Shown here: positions 16,157 through 19,119 of the stretch, in pieces | How the letters are laid out: the number at the start of each line of letters is the position of its first letter | Position numbering within the stretch: the first letter of the stretch is position 1 | Origin: a virus | Lineage: Duplodnaviria > Heunggongvirae > Uroviricota > Caudoviricetes | Strand: one strand, 5' to 3' | Virus record (IMG/VR): IMGVR_UViG_2529292923_000023 | Length of the DNA: 19,119 nt | Position numbers and translations under genes: made by a program | The notes under the pieces: generated by a model | Told to the model about the DNA's origin: nothing | Seen by the model: only the letters and a program-made list of their open reading frames with translations | Database searches by the model: none

Positions 16157-16184
16157 TAGCATCGACAGCATACACATTGGATAT

Positions 16185-16385
16185 TCATTTTGTGACCAAT
16201 GCGATAAGTAGCGGGATAAGAATTGATAAAATCAACAGGACGATGATCCACTTTTGATTCTCGTCCATCTTATCTGCTAGGCGACGCTCCATTCCGTGCA
16301 TATCACCGCGAATGGCAATCATCTCATTGCGAACATCCGAGAAGTGGTTGGCTTGATGTTCAATGTGTGGCGTTCTGCCTTTCAT
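16185..16385 (-). CDS. Small C-tail-anchored membrane protein, XhlA-like (66 aa)
   Basis: GAGGA Shine-Dalgarno upstream; charged helical N-terminal part followed by one C-terminal transmembrane segment (WIIVLLILSILIPLLIALV), the architecture of XhlA/holin-like small proteins. Confidence 0.5.
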   Translation of the reverse strand: MKGRTPHIEHQANHFSDVRNEMIAIRGDMHGMERRLADKMDENQKWIIVLLILSILIPLLIALVTK

Positions 16386-16464
16386 GTCTGATCCTCACCT
16401 ATCGTCACCACCTGATGGTGTATAAAGGTATTAGCCCAAGCAGCTTTCCAATGGGCACTCATGT

Positions 16465-16920
16465 TTATACGCTGACCTTACAATCAATCACCGCTTTTAA
16501 CTTTTCAGCATTGCTTCCCTGACGCTTCCACGCGCTGTAAATATCTTTATCCCACGCTTTACCAGCTTTTGTTTGATAGCCTGCTTCATTGATCCGTTCA
16601 GCTATCACACGCCCATTATCAAATCCCTGTTGGATGGTATCGGCAATGATCTTCATAACTGCCGTTTCGTTATATGGTTTTGGTGGGATGTTCGGCTTTC
16701 CGGCAATAAGCGACGCAGCGGCTTTTTCCATGCGCTCCACCAGCCCAAGCATTCGTGAATCAATAGACTTTTCCGGCTGCCCCAGCTTCATGCGAATCGC
16801 ATCAACAAGCCAAGAGGTTTTATCTCCTCCAGAAGCGAGAACAGACCGATTAAACTCATCCTGCAATTCAGATGGGATGCGGAACGCGATCAGATTAGAT
16901 TTGCTCATTGCAAAGACCAT
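16465..16920 (-). CDS. Ribbon-helix-helix (Arc/Mnt-like) transcriptional regulator (151 aa; alternative start at 16908)
   Basis: N-terminal SNLIAFRIPSELQDEFNRSVLASGGDKTSWLVDAIRM fits the Arc-family RHH pattern (beta-strand, helix, Gly turn, helix); palindromic operator-like sites immediately upstream; divergent from the PerC-like gene. Confidence 0.6.
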   Translation of the reverse strand: MVFAMSKSNLIAFRIPSELQDEFNRSVLASGGDKTSWLVDAIRMKLGQPEKSIDSRMLGLVERMEKAAASLIAGKPNIPPKPYNETAVMKIIADTIQQGFDNGRVIAERINEAGYQTKAGKAWDKDIYSAWKRQGSNAEKLKAVIDCKVSV

Positions 16921-16937
16921 ATCAGTGAGTAATATCC

Positions 16938-16969
16938 ATACAGTATACCACTGTATAACACTGTTATAC
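16938..16969. promoter_or_regulatory. Two overlapping palindromes (ATACAGT-atacc-ACTGTAT and GTATAACA-c-TGTTATAC) in the RHH regulator's promoter region; putative operators
   Basis: Perfect inverted repeats read directly; positioned 18-50 bp upstream of the RHH gene start on the minus strand. Confidence 0.4.
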
Positions 16970-17022
16970 GCTCAAATATCAGCCAGAAAATAACAGACCA
17001 ATCACAAATCTATCGCTGTGTT

Positions 17023-17143
17023 GTTGGTTCAGAGCTGGGCTGTGTTGGTTCAAAATGAGTTGATGTTGGTTCAATATTTTAGAAAAAACACAATAAAAAC
17101 AACGCTCTTTACAAATTGAACCAACTGAACCAACTGAACCAAC
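17023..17143. repeat. Iteron cluster 2 (crr-like): 3 GTTGGTTCA (17023-17031, 17044-17052, 17065-17073), AT-rich spacer, 3 tandem TGAACCAAC (17117-17143); inverted copy of cluster 1
   Basis: The reverse complement of 17102-17147 is essentially identical over about 46 bp to 9890-9935 (AAAGGTGTTGGTTCAGTTGGTTCAGTTGGTTCAATTTGTAAAGAG), with continued but diverged similarity beyond. Confidence 0.75.
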
Positions 17144-17179
17144 ACCTTTTTGCTTATCTATATAATCTGAGAGGCAGAA

Positions 17180-17467
17180 ATGATAAAGGACAGGAAAGCT
17201 GAAGAGCTGGAGTCAAAAGGGCTATACCGGAGAGCTGCCGCACGATGGGCAGAAGTCATGATGCTGGCAGATGGCGATAAAGAACGTGAACATGCAGCAA
17301 ACAGACGCTCTGAATGTATCCGTAAGGCGGCACGCCCACCAGCAACTACAGACAGATTCGGAGATTTAAGACAGGCAGTTAAGCGGACTCATTCGGCTCT
17401 TGGTATGGATGAGGAAGCGAGAGGGTACTTCAGGCGTTATCGCGATAAAGATTGCCAGAGACAGTAA
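17180..17467 (+). CDS. PerC-family transcriptional regulator-like protein (95 aa)
   Basis: N-terminal AEELESKGLYRRAAARWAEV matches the PerC/Pch family signature (ELE.KGLWRRAA.RW); GAGAGG Shine-Dalgarno; a TATAAT hexamer at 17161-17166 just downstream of the iterons. Confidence 0.65.
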   Translation: MIKDRKAEELESKGLYRRAAARWAEVMMLADGDKEREHAANRRSECIRKAARPPATTDRFGDLRQAVKRTHSALGMDEEARGYFRRYRDKDCQRQ

Positions 17468-17973
17468 TGCTCTCTCTGTTTTGGCAAATTACCCCTCACT
17501 TTGAAGGGATCGGAGCTATAAAAATGGTGTTATCCGGAATCCTCAAATTGAGGATTGTGGAAGAATCAATGGGTTAGGTCATCGTGCAAATTTGCACTCT
17601 GCCAGCCAACGCAATTTCTCGTTGGCGGAAATATCAGGTATTTACTGAACGAACGGTCTACCAGTCTGTTCAGTTACCAGTTGCACATGGCTGTTTCATG
17701 TGAGAACGGAGGTTTTTTTCGGACATCGCTATTGGGTACAGCAATTTCACGAGCAATACGCGCGCGCAGGACAACAAGCCTGAACATGGTTACACACCTC
17801 GATCCTGAGGGATGTAGACAATGGCTTCTGACCAAAGCACCCGAAAAAACCGTGTACATAAGGGTGTACATAATCAAAAATCGCATTAGAAAGAAACCAG
17901 CCACAATGCGGCATTAAAGCCAACACTCTACAAACAGATTCAAACGCCAATTCTTACTTTTCAGCCTTCACAA

Positions 17974-18004
17974 ATGCCGCCCACTCAAACAGAGCGGCAT
18001 TTTT
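17974..18004 (+). terminator. Possible rho-independent terminator (ATGCCGC-loop-GCGGCAT + TTTTT)
   Basis: 7-bp stem with 13-nt loop and T-run; no convincing upstream CDS, so it may end a small RNA or a read-through transcript. Confidence 0.4.
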
Positions 18005-18094
18005 CTTCCCCGCAACTTCAATTCTGTTTTGCGTGCCTGCTCCAGATTTTGCGATGTTTTTTTGCCCAGCGCAGTGAGAACGTGAGATACTCAC

Positions 18095-18114
18095 AACTGT
18101 ATATAAACACAGTT
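18095..18114. promoter_or_regulatory. LexA (SOS) box AACTGTATATAAACACAGTT upstream of the dinD-like gene
   Basis: Perfect CTGT-N8-ACAG with AT spacer matching the LexA consensus TACTGTATATATATACAGTA; overlaps a TATAAA -10-like hexamer; about 45 bp upstream of the ATG. Confidence 0.8.
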
Positions 18115-18157
18115 GTAGACTTACTTTCCTTGCAATCGATATCACATGGAGTGGGCA

Positions 18158-19119
<962 letters not shown>

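Noticed and set aside
15681-16175. ORFs 15681-15959 (+) and 15984-16175 (-) in the repeat-rich intergenic region
   Set aside because: Translations are Cys/His/Arg-rich with no start signals, and the region is filled with 24-bp repeats and palindromes; more likely regulatory DNA.
16938-16969. Palindromes upstream of the RHH gene as additional LexA boxes
   Set aside because: The half-sites are in ACAGT...ACTGT orientation with a 5-bp spacer, or GTATAACA/TGTTATAC; neither is CTGT-N8-ACAG, so they do not fit the LexA consensus.

Overview
This window looks like a P4-like integrative element (satellite-phage/PICI-like) read left to right, followed by an SOS-regulated dinD-like gene truncated by an IS21-family insertion. 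All calls rest on reading the sequence and the ORF track; no homology search was run. The element runs: P4-type tyrosine integrase (1-1260); an AT-rich monocistronic cargo gene (1356-2321); an AlpA/Vis regulator; an AntA-type antirepressor; a tightly coupled operon of small genes; and a P4 alpha-like primase-helicase (7115-9871). Directly downstream is an ori-like iteron block (GTTGGTTCA x3, AT-rich spacer, TGAACCAAC x3), and a near-identical block in inverted orientation sits at 17023-17143, so the two bracket a 7.1-kb accessory segment. That segment holds the most interesting content: a co-directional cassette behind a LexA-like box, encoding a 53-aa RHH-like protein, a 153-aa protein, and three large proteins (225/473/701 aa) that contain no cysteine at all and are Gln/Ala/Gly-rich with glycine-zipper or hydrophobic C-termini. 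By size, order and composition these resemble podovirus P22-type ejection proteins, but no capsid, portal, terminase or tail genes are present. The segment also carries a convergent AT-rich membrane protein, an XhlA-like small membrane protein, an Arc/Mnt-like RHH regulator with palindromic operators, and a 24-bp repeat family. A PerC-like regulator follows the second iteron block. The left attachment site lies outside the window and the right boundary of the element could not be located.
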